Below are positions 40,684 to 53,231 of a DNA stretch of 64,000 nt, piece by piece. The stretch lies in NCBI RefSeq assembly GCF_018350175.1, contig NC_058368.1, forward strand, positions 232,068,001 to 232,132,000. Reading direction: 5' to 3'. Position 1 is the first letter of the stretch, and the number at the start of each line of letters is the position of its first letter. Origin of the DNA: Felis catus. Its lineage: Eukaryota. The notes beneath the pieces are model-generated. The model was given only the letters and a program-made list of their open reading frames with translations, ran no database searches and was not told the DNA's origin. A program made the translations under genes and the position numbers.

Positions 40684-40806
40684 CCCAAGCAGGCTCCACA
40701 CTCAGCACAGTGCCCAATGTGGGGCTCCATCCCACAACCCTGGGATCATGACCTGAGCAGAAACCAAGGGTCGGACGCTCAACCGAGTGAACCACCCAGG
40801 CACCTG
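40560..40806 (-). mobile_element. Can-SINE with expanded (GA)n
   Basis: TSD ccatcaatat on both sides; long GA run at about 40610-40680. Confidence 0.92.
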
Positions 40807-42430
40807 CCATCAATATAATTTTTAATGATAGGTGACATCTTGGTCACCTAAGTTCATAGCTATAGATTCTTCACTTCTATATGTGTGTGAGTATGCTTCC
40901 CCGCAAGGAAGCATATTTCCTCTCTTTGTGGAACATTTTAGTAGATGACTTGGAACTGAGAAAGAAGTATGTGTGGTTTTTTTTTTAAATTTTTTTTTGA
41001 GTTGCATTCATCACTTTTCAACATTCAGGTGTTGTTCGATCTTCTAAGGTGACCACCGTGCCACCTTGTTCGTGATCTTTTTCTTCCACGCTCTCCTTTT
41101 TCTCCTGATGGACCATCAGTGACAACTGGTTGTCTTCTCCAGACTTTAACTGCACGTTGTTCTTTCCTATCATGTGTCGCTTCGGGTGCGTTGTCTTCCA
41201 GAGGGAGATCCTGAAGCTTCTGCCATAACTCGATGTAAAGTCCCTGAGGAGAGAAGACTGCTTTTATGTTTTTTTGTTTTTGTGTTTTTTTTGGGGGGGG
41301 CCCACACAGTTTGGAGCATGTGTTACACGTAGAAAATATTCTGCCTTTCCCTCCCTCTATCTCTCTTCCTGCCCCATGTTGTTACTGTCCATAATAATCC
41401 TGAAACTTAAACATTATAAAGTATCACAGAAAGTGTTATTTCATAAGCTGATCCTGCAATTTAAAAATCATGAGATAGCACCATTGGACCAGGTTACTCT
41501 CTGTATAATGTTTCACGTTTATATTTGGTCCAAGACTTTCTAAAAGGCGCGTTTCCTTTTGTAATTAGAGAAAAACAGGTAGCTAAATTAACCTTGGGCC
41601 TAAAAGTTATAAAATACAAAGTTAAAAAAAATAGGCATCATAAAGATCTGACCAAGCACATAATAATATGATGCCTTTTGGCAACTGAGTGTGAATGGGA
41701 AATACACATAACCATAAATGTAGATGTGTTCCCTGAGTCAGAAAAGAACTTATAATTTATTCACCCTAGTAAATAGAGGTTTCACATTGATGGCTTTTTT
41801 TTTATTAGATTTGCATGTATAGATAAAAGTATAGTTCTAATAATGGGTGATTTTTCCCTCCAAGGGAATGATAATTAAAGTGGGCTTATCATTTTGAAGC
41901 ATGACTGAAGCAAATATATAATCTCAAACTCATTGCTCATGGTCAAGGACACAGGAAGGGTTTATACGAACCGAAGATGAGTCAACTTGGAGAGATAGTA
42001 TGTACTTGCAGCAAATTGGAAAGGAGGGGAGAAGGTGATTCAGTTTGAACAAAACTCTCTCACATACATGGCAGGTATGCTGTAAGTGAGTGGTTGGTGA
42101 AATTATTTAACGTTTTACTGCAGCACTGTTGTCTTTCTATAAATTCCAGTTAAATTGTTTTTATTCTTTTAGTGGGTCATAAGTCAAATCCAGGGCCCAA
42201 AGTTTTAGCTTTTCTCTATACCGTTCAGAGTGGGAGTGAATTTTTCCCAGAAAGACACATGGATTCTTAAGAAATGCATTTGGGGAAAGGACATTTTTTT
42301 CCAAAAAGAACACAGAGACTTCTATTTTCATGCAAAATGCATATTTTGTAGTTACAGGGTTTGTCACACGATGCACATGCACCTGAGGCTAGGAGAACTC
42401 TGTGTAAATATACCACAATTAGCCATTTTA

Positions 42431-42658
42431 TTTTTTTTTTAATTTTTTTTCAACTTTTTTTATTTATTTTTTTGGGACAGAGAGAGACAGAGCATGAACG
42501 GGGGAGGGGCAGAGAGAGAGGGAGACACAGAATCGGAAACAGGCTCCAGGCTCCGAGCCATCAGCCCAGAGCCTGACGCGGGGCTCAAACTCACGGACCG
42601 CGAGATTGTGACCTGGCTGAAGTCGGACGCTTAACCGACTGCGCCACCCAGGCGCCCC
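42431..42658 (-). mobile_element. Young SINEC_Fc-type SINE
   Basis: TSD cacaatta(g/a)ccatttta. Confidence 0.96.
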
Positions 42659-42746
42659 CACAATTAACCATTTTAAAAAGAAAACTATTTTACCAGCGTT
42701 TGAGAAACTTCACTTGGTCACTGCTGTTTAAAGATAGGCGATATTT

Positions 42747-42966
42747 GGGGCTCCTGGGTAGCTCAGTCGGTTAAGCATCTGACTTAGCTCCGGTCATGAT
42801 CTCACGGTTCGTGGGTTCAAGCCTGACGTCGGGCTCTGTGCTAATCAGTGCTGACAGCATGTAGCCTGGAGCCTGCTTCAGATTCTGTGTGTCTCCCTCT
42901 CTCTCTGCCCCTCCCCGCTTGCCCTCTGTCTCTCTCTGTCTCTCAAAAATAAATAAAAATAAAAAT
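42747..42966 (+). mobile_element. Can-SINE
   Basis: ggggctcctgggtagctcagtcggttaag head, (CT)n, A-rich tail; small internal duplication gtgctaatca/gtgctgaca. Confidence 0.93.
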
Positions 42967-43173
42967 AGCCCATGTATTTGAAGATTCATAGATCGACCTT
43001 GAAGACATGATAAGCCTATAAATGGATCTATAGATAGTATATTAACTCTACATTTTATACACTAATACCTTTTTTTCCTGACCTTCTAAAATAACTGATG
43101 TTTTTAGACTGCATTCCTCACTGCATGTGGGAGTCAGTTCCCTTTTCTTGCCCCAATTACACATGCCTTTTTA

Positions 43174-43416
43174 TTTTTTATTTTTTATTTATTTTTATTT
43201 ATTTATTTTTCCAATGTTTTTATTTATTTTTGGGACAGAGAGAGACAGAGCATGAACAGGGGAGGGGCAGAGAGAGAGGGAGACACAGAATCAGAAACAG
43301 GCTCCAGGCTCTGAGCCATCAGCCCAGAGCCTGACGCGGGGCTTGAACTCACGGACCGCGAGATCGTGACCTGGCTGAAGTCGGACGCTTAACCGACTGC
43401 GCCACCCAGGCGCCCC
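43174..43416 (-). mobile_element. Young SINEC_Fc-type SINE
   Basis: Perfect TSD tacacatgccttttta at 43158-43173 and 43417-43432. Confidence 0.96.
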
Positions 43417-46400
43417 TACACATGCCTTTTTAAATTAACATGGTAGCATTTCAGGTTTTCAAGTCCTTAATTATCATTCACCACATTAAAATATCCATTA
43501 GATGATAGTTAGTAATCTGTTTGCTCCCCTGGTTGATCAGAGTTGGTATTTGGCAAATAGAAACTATATTTTCTGCTCATTCTACTTGGATTCAAAGGAA
43601 GCAGTGAGCGTTATTTGAACGAGTGCATTGATTTCCAGCCAGATGTTTCAGATGCGTGCAATGTAATTCTCTGGAGATATTTATCAATGGAAGGAGGTTG
43701 AATCTTCCCGAATCTGAGATGTAATGGTGACCGTAGTCAACATTGTGACATTATTATAGATAAATATATCTGTATACAAAGAGCATGCAGGGCACGTATT
43801 GAATCTTATGAGGGCTCCTGGCTGATAGGCACCTTCTTTATCCTTTGTCCGTGTTACACATCTCTGACTGTGGTGGGCTCCAGAGTGGACCTCAGACTCG
43901 CTGGCTGCAGCCTTCCTGCTGTTAACCTACTATAGATACTGAAGAGCAGGTGGGAGAGGACAGCAACTCCTCCTCATTCCCTTCCCCGTCGCTCACCCTT
44001 GGAACTTGCATACACCATGTGGACCACCATAAAATGTATTATGAAGTCCAAGCATTCACCATGAATGACTTGGTTTCTTATTTCTGCCTGCGTTCACGTA
44101 ATTCTGCAAAACCAGATATCTGGTTTTACCTAACAAAGCGAAGCTATTTCTCTGCACTGCTTTTCCAGTAGAATGAATATTACAAACGTGAGTTTGGACC
44201 AGAGGCTTACTGACTTTTAAACACAGTGGTTCTAGCATCTGAGAGGTCATCAGATTCGCTTGAATAGGCTTTTACAGATGGAAATCCCCGGATTCTTTCT
44301 GCGCTTACTGAGTGAGGGGATCTCCGCTTTGAACATGAACCCTGGGAGATGAGAGCACACGTCATATTGTGTGGGGAAGGATCCAAGCATGGACTGTGAA
44401 ATCAGTGCGTCTAATCACAGATGTGTTGAGAGCAACGGGGGGAGGGGTTTTTTGAGGAGTGGATGTTTAGGTGGGTTGAGCAGATTGAAGACAAGAAGTT
44501 CTGCTCTGACTCTGGTGACCTTGATTAATGGTGAGGCATCCAGTTGGCTGTCCAGTTTAAATTTTTGGTGGGGGTAGAAAAGGACAGACGGGCAGGAGGA
44601 AAACAGTAAGCAGGAGAGTGATGGAGAGAATGAATGAATGAATGAATGAATGAGTAAATGTGGCACCAGTAAGGTTTGGGAACAGGGTAGACTATGGGCT
44701 CACTAGGAAGCCACTCCTGCATTTCGGCCTCTCAGTGTAAAGGAAGAGTGGGTTGTCTGCTCTGTGGGTGAATGTTTAGGAGTCCAGCGTCCTTGGATGA
44801 AGCCAACGTCGGGTGCGGGGTTTGGAGTTCCAAGAGGTTAAGAGGTAGGCTGGTTGGGGATCTCTGGAGCACTTTTTGTCAAGGTGTGGGGACAGTACGG
44901 GGTGTTCAGATATTCCGAGCAGGGAGTCTGACACCAATACAGGTATTGATGTGAAGGAGGCATAATGTCAACTCTTGTGTGAGGAACTCAGGAGGAATCC
45001 AGGAGAGAGTGGAAGGAAGTGAGTTTGTGTTCACCTCCTGATGTCTGGCAGAACTATGGCCTTTGAGCCCAAGTCCATTGCCGCGGTTTGGGGCAAAGGT
45101 GCTGATGTCGAGGGAGAAAGTTCCTGAGTATGTGCAGGTTTCCAAAGGGATGCAGGGTGCACGTGGTCAGGCTTGTACCCCTGGTGAGGCACCTCCAAAG
45201 AGTCGTGACACTTACAAGTCTCGAACCCTGAGTGTCTGCCGTGGAAATGAGCCGGGCGGCGGTCATGTGCCAGAGGGTTCCTCATTACCCATGTGTGGCA
45301 GGAAGCCCAGGTTCTGTCTGGCCACATTTCAAAGACAAACGGATGAGATTTGGGGATGATCCACTGTTGTCTGTGATCTGAGCTTCCGTTGCCCATTTCA
45401 TTTTCTTGTGTCTCTTCTCCCTCCTATTATATGATTAATTAAAAGCCAACATGTTTTCAAACCACTTATATCTCTGTTGGCAAAGGTACTACCAGGTGAT
45501 AAGACAGAGAGGCTGAAATATGTAGGATGTAATTGTGTAATTGCAAATAAACGGACTGATTGCTCTTCATTTGTTTTCTCTTTAGAGAACAGAATAGAGC
45601 TAACATAAGATGCTAACAGCATTAATCTTTCTATTTACTTCTTTATTGATTTTTGCAAAAAATACTAATATCCTCTCCACCTGCACCTGAAGATTAATTG
45701 CTAATTTGGGTTATCAGTTTCTCATTTCCAAACACTGCGTGTCATAGGGCTGACCTAGGCATACGGCAGATTGCTAACTGGTCTAAATAAACCCAAATTT
45801 TAGAGAAGGAGGAGAAAGAAAAGCAAAAAGACATTAGATGAATGAATAGTACAAGAGAGGAAGACATGAGAGAAAAATTATATAAATGCATACTGTGGCC
45901 AACTAAGGTCAAGAACAGTGTAGAATTTAATGGCATGTGTTAAATTTGCTATTATTGCAACAACAAAAAAGCCACAACCACTGATCATCCATGCGGTGAG
46001 GTAAAAAGCAGCTAGAATGCTGGCACTGAGTGTTCACGAATTGGATTTTGTGTTTCTCTTGTGATAACTTTCTCTTGCAATTTAAAATTAGAGGAAGTTT
46101 GTTTTTCATAGGCCTGTGGAAGGGGTGGTGAAAAAGACGGCGTCGTAAACCCTTAAGAGATAAAAGACATTTAAGGAAGACGTTGTCTCAGGAGGAAGCA
46201 ATTACCTGGATTGCTTTGAGTCTTTCATTTCAAATTTTTCAAGAAATGGAAATTACAAGGTAAATCATATTGACAACTAGATATCCGGTACCATTTGCAC
46301 TGCATTCTGCCAGGAAAGAAAGGGACTTCAGAACTCACTGGAAGCTTCCGTTCTGGTTGACAAGATAAGATTTATGCTCCTGGAAAATTCATGGTGATAG

Positions 46401-46541
46401 TAGAGTGCTGTCCCAGGCACTCTGTGATTAATTGCCGGTGTGGGACATAAACTGGCTCTGGAGGAGCTCAGGACCCGGAGAGAAGATGCTCGCGGACCGA
46501 GACCATCAAGGAGACAGGGCACAGCTCTGACCGTTTCCTAA

Positions 46542-46752
46542 CCCGGGTTTCTCACACCGTCCTGATTTGGGGCCATATAATTTTTTTTTTTTTTGAAGGG
46601 CGCTGCCTGTGCATTGTAGGATATTTAGCAGTATCCCTGGCTTCTACCCACTAGAATTCAGTGTCCCCACCCCTCAGTGATGACAACAAAGATGTCCCCC
46701 CACATTTCCATGTGTGCCCCGGAAGGAGAACCTGACAACCTGGCAACCACGG
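46542..46752. mobile_element. MER20-like hAT element
   Basis: cctgtgcattgtaggatatttagcagtatccctggcttctacccactaga...tgacaacaaagatgtc. Confidence 0.75.
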
Positions 46753-46999
46753 ATCTACACCAGCAGCAACTTTAGCTTTCGGAATTAATCGTGACGCTAC
46801 AAACAGTTGAAAACCCGTTCTATTCTGTAGGGGTTTCGGAGAAATATTAGTTCCCGTGCTAGTTTTTGTTTAACAAGGCACCAGGAAAACTGATTGTTTA
46901 AACTTACGAGGAATTCTAGAATAGTTCATCTTCCTGTACATTCGGCACAATTTAGTTATTTGGCATTCTGTCTACAACTTGTGTATTGATAACTAGAGG

Positions 47000-47240
47000 C
47001 AGTGAATTAGAGTTTTGGAAAACGCTCTCCAGTTCCCACTGCCTCCGTTTCCTATGTGTGTGGCCTTGGACGAGGTCCTTAAACAGACTGTGTCTCCGTT
47101 TCCTCTTGGGAATAATCATGATGTCTCCCTTCAGGTTTTCCTGATGAGTAAATGAGTTCATGCAGATAATGCTCTGTGAATGCAGCCTGGTGTATCGTTA
47201 AACACTGCGCGAATGTCACTATTATTATTTTATTGCTATA
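47000..47240 (+). mobile_element. MIR remnant
   Basis: tgtgtggccttggacgaggtccttaa...ctgtgtctccgtttcctc...aataatc...taaatgagttcatgca. Confidence 0.65.
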
Positions 47241-48337
47241 GTTGCGAGCCTTACAAATCTTTACAAACCTCTCTCTCTCCCCCTCCTCCCCCCTTCCCTT
47301 CCTATATAACTCTTGGTCTCTGCACTTGTCATTTTATCCTCCGGGGCCTCTCTTGCTGGTCTGTGTAAGAAGGCTATCCTTCTTACACAGTGGCTGGCTT
47401 CAAGTTTAGGAGGCCAGGCTGACAGTCCAGTTGGGGCTGAGCATGGAACTAGCAGGGACAGGGTCATTTCTGCATATTGCATCGGTCAGAATTGTCCCAG
47501 GCCTGTAAGGGTTCGGGGTGACGAACTAGACTCCAGCTCTGGACAGGGGACAGGCAAGTCACCTGACAGAAGGAGGGTGGGTACCACGGGTGCCATCTGA
47601 GGGGCGTAGTCGGCTCTTCCCCTGACCTCGCTTAAGCCCCATGCCCTGTGACTCCACCTCCTGTAGATTCTGACCTCCTTGATGAAGAATCTTCGTTTGT
47701 AACACACACCTGGAGGTGAGTCTGATGCTGGGAATCTTCAGTGATTGCAAAAATGGGTGGGAAGAAATACTAGAATTTCCGTGTCTATTATTTTTATATA
47801 AAACATAGTACAAAATTTACTAGTGTTAAAATATGCAGTCGATGCTGGTGCCCTCACTTTTTCAATATGTCAAGTTGCTGACACATGTCAGAGTCAGTTT
47901 CTGGGGTATCTTGAGGGAGTCATGGACAAAAGGGGAAAGATTTTGGTATATAAGTGCCAGTACATCAGATTTTTGCATTGTGTTATTTAATATGGTAGGG
48001 TCTTCATAGTGTTTTGTAATGGAGTGGGGGAGGGACTATCACTTTGCGTTTCATAGAGATTCTCTAGGTATCTAGTGGCAACATATTTTAAAAATCGTCC
48101 TATTAATTTAACATTAAGGACTCATCAAACTTAATATATGGCTGTGTGTATATATATGTATATACACACATACGTATGAATGTGTGTCTTGCATCCTTTT
48201 TTTTTAATTTTTGAGAAGCGATCTACATTTGCTGAACTTTCTGTAATTTTTAAGGTATGATAAATGGTAGGTATTTTTTGGAAAAAAGTAACCATTTCAT
48301 TTCATTTCATGAAGGAGTAAGATAGAATATGTGTTTC

Positions 48338-48553
48338 TTTCTTTCTTTTTAATGTTTATTTATTTCTGAGACAGAGAGAGACAGAGCATGAGTCAGGGAG
48401 GAGCAGAGAGAGAGGGTGTCACAGAATCAGAAGCAGGCTCCAGGCTCCGAGCTGTCAGCACAGAGCCCGACACGGGGCTCGAACTCACAGACCACGAGAT
48501 CGTGACCTGAGCCGAAGTCGGACGCTCAACCGACTGAGCCACCCAGGTGCCCC
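48338..48553 (-). mobile_element. Can-SINE, downstream monomer of a head-to-tail dimer
   Basis: Full SINE; its tail abuts TSD agaatatgtgtttc at 48324-48337. Confidence 0.95.
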
Positions 48554-48562
48554 AGATATCAC

Positions 48563-48784
48563 TTTTTTTAAAAAATGTTTTTATTCACTTTTGAGAGACA
48601 GGAAGAGACAGAGTGTGTGTGAGCAAGGGAAGGGCAGAGAGAGAGGGAGACACAGAATCCGAAGCAGGCTCCAGGCTGTGAGCTGTCAGCACAGAGCCCA
48701 TCGCGGGGCTTGAACTCAGAGACCACGAGATCGTGACCTGAGCCGAAGTCAGACGCTCAACCGACTGAGCCACCCAGGTGCCCC
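48563..48784 (-). mobile_element. Can-SINE, upstream monomer of the dimer
   Basis: Full SINE; its head abuts TSD agaatatgtgtttc at 48785-48798. Confidence 0.95.
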
Positions 48785-49276
48785 AGAATATGTGTTTCAA
48801 AAAAACTCCTGCAATGGAAAAGTAATTTTTTAAAGCAGATACTTCAAAATATCTCCATCCTTACATGAATTTGCTGTTCAAAATAATACAGATGTCTCTG
48901 TAATAATGCCTTATCTAAACTTCAGATTTGAAATTTTTAAAAGATATTTTTACATGCACTTTTAACTTGGTTATAAAACTTCCAACTGGAGGATTTCAGC
49001 ATGTTTTATGTTCATTTTAAAACTCCTAGAAGTTTTGAAGCATGAGATTTTTACACCAGTGACTATGGAAATATGCTAGGCAAATTTCAACAGCAACGAC
49101 AACAACAACAGCAACAAAAACCATCATAATTGGAAGATAGGTTTGAAAAAAATAGATCAAAATTTAGTAGAGCGATCAATGATGCAATTGGATTTATGTA
49201 TCCGTGATGCCTACTTTAGTTGTAACACTTTTAAACTAAAAATCAAAATAAACTGAATATACAAACAGAATCTCTA

Positions 49277-49337
49277 ATCACTGTATCACTGTATCATATC
49301 ACTGTATCATAAATCACTATATCACTATGTCATAAAT
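49277..49337. repeat. Imperfect tandem repeat of ATCACTGT/ATCAT units
   Basis: atcactgt atcactgt atcat atcactgt atcataa atcactat atcactat gtcataaat. Confidence 0.85.
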
Positions 49338-49455
49338 TATTAAGCTAGGATTAGAAAACCCCTTTTGTTCAATTAGAATATAAAACATTTATTCTACAAT
49401 ATCTTTCTCATTTTTCTGCCATATTTTAAAAACTGTAATTAAAATATACATATCT

Positions 49456-49685
49456 GGGGCACCTGGGTGACTCAGTCGGTTGGGTGTCCGACTTTGGCTC
49501 AGGTCATGATCTCGCAGTTCGTGGGTTCGAGCCCTGCGTTGGGCTCTGTGCTGACAGCTCAGAGCCTGGAGCCTGCTTCAGATTCTGTGTCTCCCTCTCT
49601 CTCTGCCCATCATCCACTTGTGCTCTGTCTCTCCCTCTCTTCCTCTCTCTCTGTCTCTCAAAAATAAACATTAAAAAATTTATAA
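49456..49685 (+). mobile_element. Can-SINE
   Basis: Perfect TSD aaaatatacatatct at 49441-49455 and 49686-49700. Confidence 0.95.
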
Positions 49686-50820
49686 AAAATATACATATCT
49701 ACATGCACAGCTATATGTGTGTATGAGATATAAATGAGGAAATATGCATTGACAGGAGTAAATGCCAAGTCTTACCAATTAAGTGTATATAAGCAAAGCA
49801 TTTTGAGAAATCCTGGTAGAGTCATATTGAAGGTGTTCTGTGAATACCACGATACTGGTTTCCCGTCAGCTTAAACAATTGAATAAAATATTACTGCAGT
49901 TAAGATTCTCTTTCTAGCAAAAAGGCATCTAATTTAAAAAAATTTTTAGAGAACAAGCCTTTATTTGGAGAACATGATTAAATGTTTTGCTGCTTTTCAC
50001 TTGTTTTGTTTGTCATTTCTACCCTTTCCAATATCACACCATAAGAATTAGATGTCGTTGTGCATTTAGCTACTGCCAGGTTAACTGTTTTCTTACCAAG
50101 GCTACCTTTTAATTCTAGCCACTTCATCATGCAACCAGTTTTCAGTAAAACTGGTTGTTTAGTTTAATGTTGGGAAAAAGAATCCCCCTCAGTCTTAACC
50201 TTGATTTTCAGAAAATGAATTTCATTCATGAGACCGTACTTGCTAGAAACATAAACGGCATTGGGAACGGATTCACATTTATCTTCTCCTGTTTCATTAC
50301 CCTTGAAAGAACATGTACCTGTGCTGGGTATCCTCTCTTGTGCCTTCTAATATAATTACCCCTTCTCCCGTGGCCCAGCTTCATGTTCCTGTGCCTTCAA
50401 GAGTCCTGTTGGAAGGGGCCAGTGGAGAAGGCACATAGGAAGGAAGGAGAGAAGAGAGAGGGACCAGCATTATGATTCCCTTCACTTGAACTCATAAGGT
50501 AACCTCAGATCGGTCATGGCCCTTGGTCAAAGGTCAGCTCCACCCAAAGACTGAGATTACAGAGATGCATGTGACCTGACTCCCTCTTTATGGTCCCAGT
50601 CTTCTCCCATTGTCCATCTAGACTTCCCAAGGTAGCACTGGGGGCCCTTGTGTTTCCCTCCACCCACCCACATCTTTGTTCATAGTCCTTTTATTAAGCC
50701 TTCCTCAAATTATCTTGTATGATGATATTACACACTATTTCCTGTAGGACCATTGTTTAATAAAGTATCGTATAAATTTATTTTTTTTATTTTCCTAGGC
50801 TTTGGAAGTATCTTCAATTC

Positions 50821-51035
50821 TATTTATTTATTTATTTATTTATTTATTCATTCATTCATTCATTCATTCATTTGAGAGACAGAGCAAGTGGGGAGAGAGG
50901 CAGAGAGAGAAGGAGAGAGACAATCTCAAGCAGGTTCCACACCCAGCATGGAGCTCAATCTCACATCCGTGAGCTCATGACCTGAGCCCAAATCAAGAGT
51001 CGGACACTCAACTGACTGAGCCACCCAGATGCCCC
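50821..51035 (-). mobile_element. Older Can-SINE with (TATT)n(CATT)n tail
   Basis: ...ctgagccacccagatgcccc head; degenerate TSD ttca(a)ttctattt. Confidence 0.88.
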
Positions 51036-51259
51036 TTTCATTCTATTTTAGAACACCATAAATGTGTCATGTATTTCTTTTAAATTTGTCTTATATTGCT
51101 TCTTAGGCTCTTTACCCATCAATGGTTTCAAAGAGAGACAGAGGTTTTCAGAATCTGTATCTTTTAATTGAGTTTGGTTGAGTATGATGGCATTTTCATT
51201 TTTTTAAGTTGGTGTTTGAGGGAAAGGATTTTCAAACTGCCTTGCTGTATTTAACTAGA

Positions 51260-51480
51260 GGAAGAGTTAGCAAATTTTTATCAGCAAAGGACCAGATAGG
51301 AAATTTTGAAGCTTTGCAGGCATGTGATCTCTAGTGCCAATACTCGGCTCTGCCATTTGTGGGGCCAGACCAGCCACAGACAATATGTAAATGAATAGAG
51401 GTGGCTGTGTTCCAATAAAGCTCATTTATAATAATAGGTGGTGGGCCAGGTTGGCCTGCTGGTTGTCCTCTGCCAATTCC
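51260..51480. mobile_element. MER58A-like hAT element
   Basis: ttagcaaattttt...aaggaccagataggaaatttt...cagccacagacaatatgtaaatgaat...ggctgtgttccaataaa. Confidence 0.78.
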
Positions 51481-51543
51481 CATAGGATAGTAACACAATG
51501 TAAGAAAATGGGTGCAATTTCTTTTAAAAGTATAGAATTTTTA

Positions 51544-51763
51544 GGGGCGCCTGGGTGGCGCAGTCGGTTAAGCGTCCGACTTCAGCCAGGTCACGATCTC
51601 GCGGTCTGTGAGTTCGAGCCCCGCGTCAGGCTCTGGGCTGATGGCTCGGATCCTGGAGCCTGTTTCCGATTCTGTGTCTCCCTCTCTCTCTGCCCCTCCC
51701 CCATTCATGCTCTGTCTCTCTCTGTCCCAAAAATAAATAAACGTTGAAAAAAAAATTAAAAAA
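51544..51763 (+). mobile_element. Young SINEC_Fc-type SINE
   Basis: Perfect 18-bp TSD aaaagtatagaattttta at 51526-51543 and 51764-51781. Confidence 0.96.
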
Positions 51764-51908
51764 AAAAGTATAGAATTTTTAAAGGTGGATGGATTATATA
51801 TCCTTACAATGGATGATATGATAAAATCTTTGACATGTACATCATCTTTTAAATTCTCTTTAGAGAAACCTTCTAGTTATAGTCGTCTAAAAATAGTTGC
51901 CGTCTACA

Positions 51909-52132
51909 GGGGCCCCGGGGTGGCTCAGTTGGCTAAGTATCCGACTTTGACGGAGGTCACGATCTCATGGTTCATGAGTTCGAACCCTACTTCAGGCTCT
52001 GTGCTGACAGGTTGGAGCCTGAAGCTCGCTTTGGATTCTGTGTCTTCCTGTCTCTCTGCTCCTCCCATGCATGTGCTCTTTCTCTCTCCCTCTCTCAAAA
52101 ATTAATAATAAATGTTAAAAAATTTAAAAAAA
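51909..52132 (+). mobile_element. Diverged Can-SINE
   Basis: Degenerate TSD aaaaatagtt(gccgtc/acagtg)taca. Confidence 0.9.
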
Positions 52133-52772
52133 TAGTTACAGTGTACACAGAAATACTCAGCTGTAAGAAGTATGCATGTACGAAAGAATTAAGTGTCTAG
52201 TTTTTTTGAATGCAATAATGTTTAGTGCATTGTGTGAAACCTGAGAATAGTATTTGATACTTTTTCTGATGTTGGCATCACTTAACAGGTATCTGACTGA
52301 CCCTAACGACTCTTGCTACAGACGGTATTTTCCAAATCATGCTGATGTCTACGTTAATACCAAAACGAATGCCCTTAGTTGTTGTACACATGTGTGCCTG
52401 TGTGTTTGTGCGTGTGTGCATATTTGCTAGTCTTCGTGTGCAGTCAAGGTGAGTGAGGGAACAGGAACATGGATCAATCCATCCCTAAGTTCCTTATCTT
52501 CTGCACCTGCTGGCTGGGCCAGGGCATGTGTGGTCTCCTTGCATGTATGCGGTTCATGAAGAGCAAAAGCAAAGGGCTGAATCTGGTTGTGAGTGTTTTG
52601 AGCACGGCTGAAAAAGGAGAATGTGTTCAAAGAGGGGTGTGTCCAAGGTCAGCTGGTGCCAGGAGGAAGGAGGGCCCTGGCCAGAGACAGACCTTAGGGG
52701 ACTCCTGTGCCTTATCACGTATTTCTTTCTGTGCCGACTTCAGATATTGCAGAGGTCAATGTACTGCTTTTC

Positions 52773-52807
<35 letters not shown>
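52773..52807. repeat. (GT)n microsatellite
   Basis: Directly visible. Confidence 0.9.
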
Positions 52808-52811
<4 letters not shown>

Positions 52812-52874
52812 GAGAGGAAGAGATAAAATATGTAATGTGAGTAAAATAAGTGATTATAAAAGAAGTGATTATAT

Positions 52875-53231
52875 GGGTGATCCTGGGTGGCTCAGTGGAT
52901 AGAGCACTCAACTCTTGATCTTGGAGTTGTGAGTTCAAGCCCCATGTTGGGCACAGAGCTTGCATTAAAAAATTCTTTAAGGGGCGCCTGGGTGGCTCAG
53001 TCGGTTAGGTGACTGACTTCAGCTCAGGTCATGATCTCGTGGTTCAAGTCCCACATCGGGCTCTGGGCTGAACACTTGCTTGGAGCCTGGAGCCTGCTTC
53101 AGATTCTGTGTCTCCTCTCCCTGCCACTCCCCTGTTTGTGCTCTATCTCACTCTGTCTCTCAAAAATAAATAAATGTAGAAAAAATTGGTTTTAAATTAA
53201 GAATGGAGAATCCTTTATAAAAACAAATAAA
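52875..53231 (+). mobile_element. Nested SINEs: short older Can-SINE (from 52875) with a full Can-SINE (52981 to about 53185) in its tail
   Basis: Two SINE heads; outer TSD tgattatatg at 52866-52875 and 53232-53241. Confidence 0.85.
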
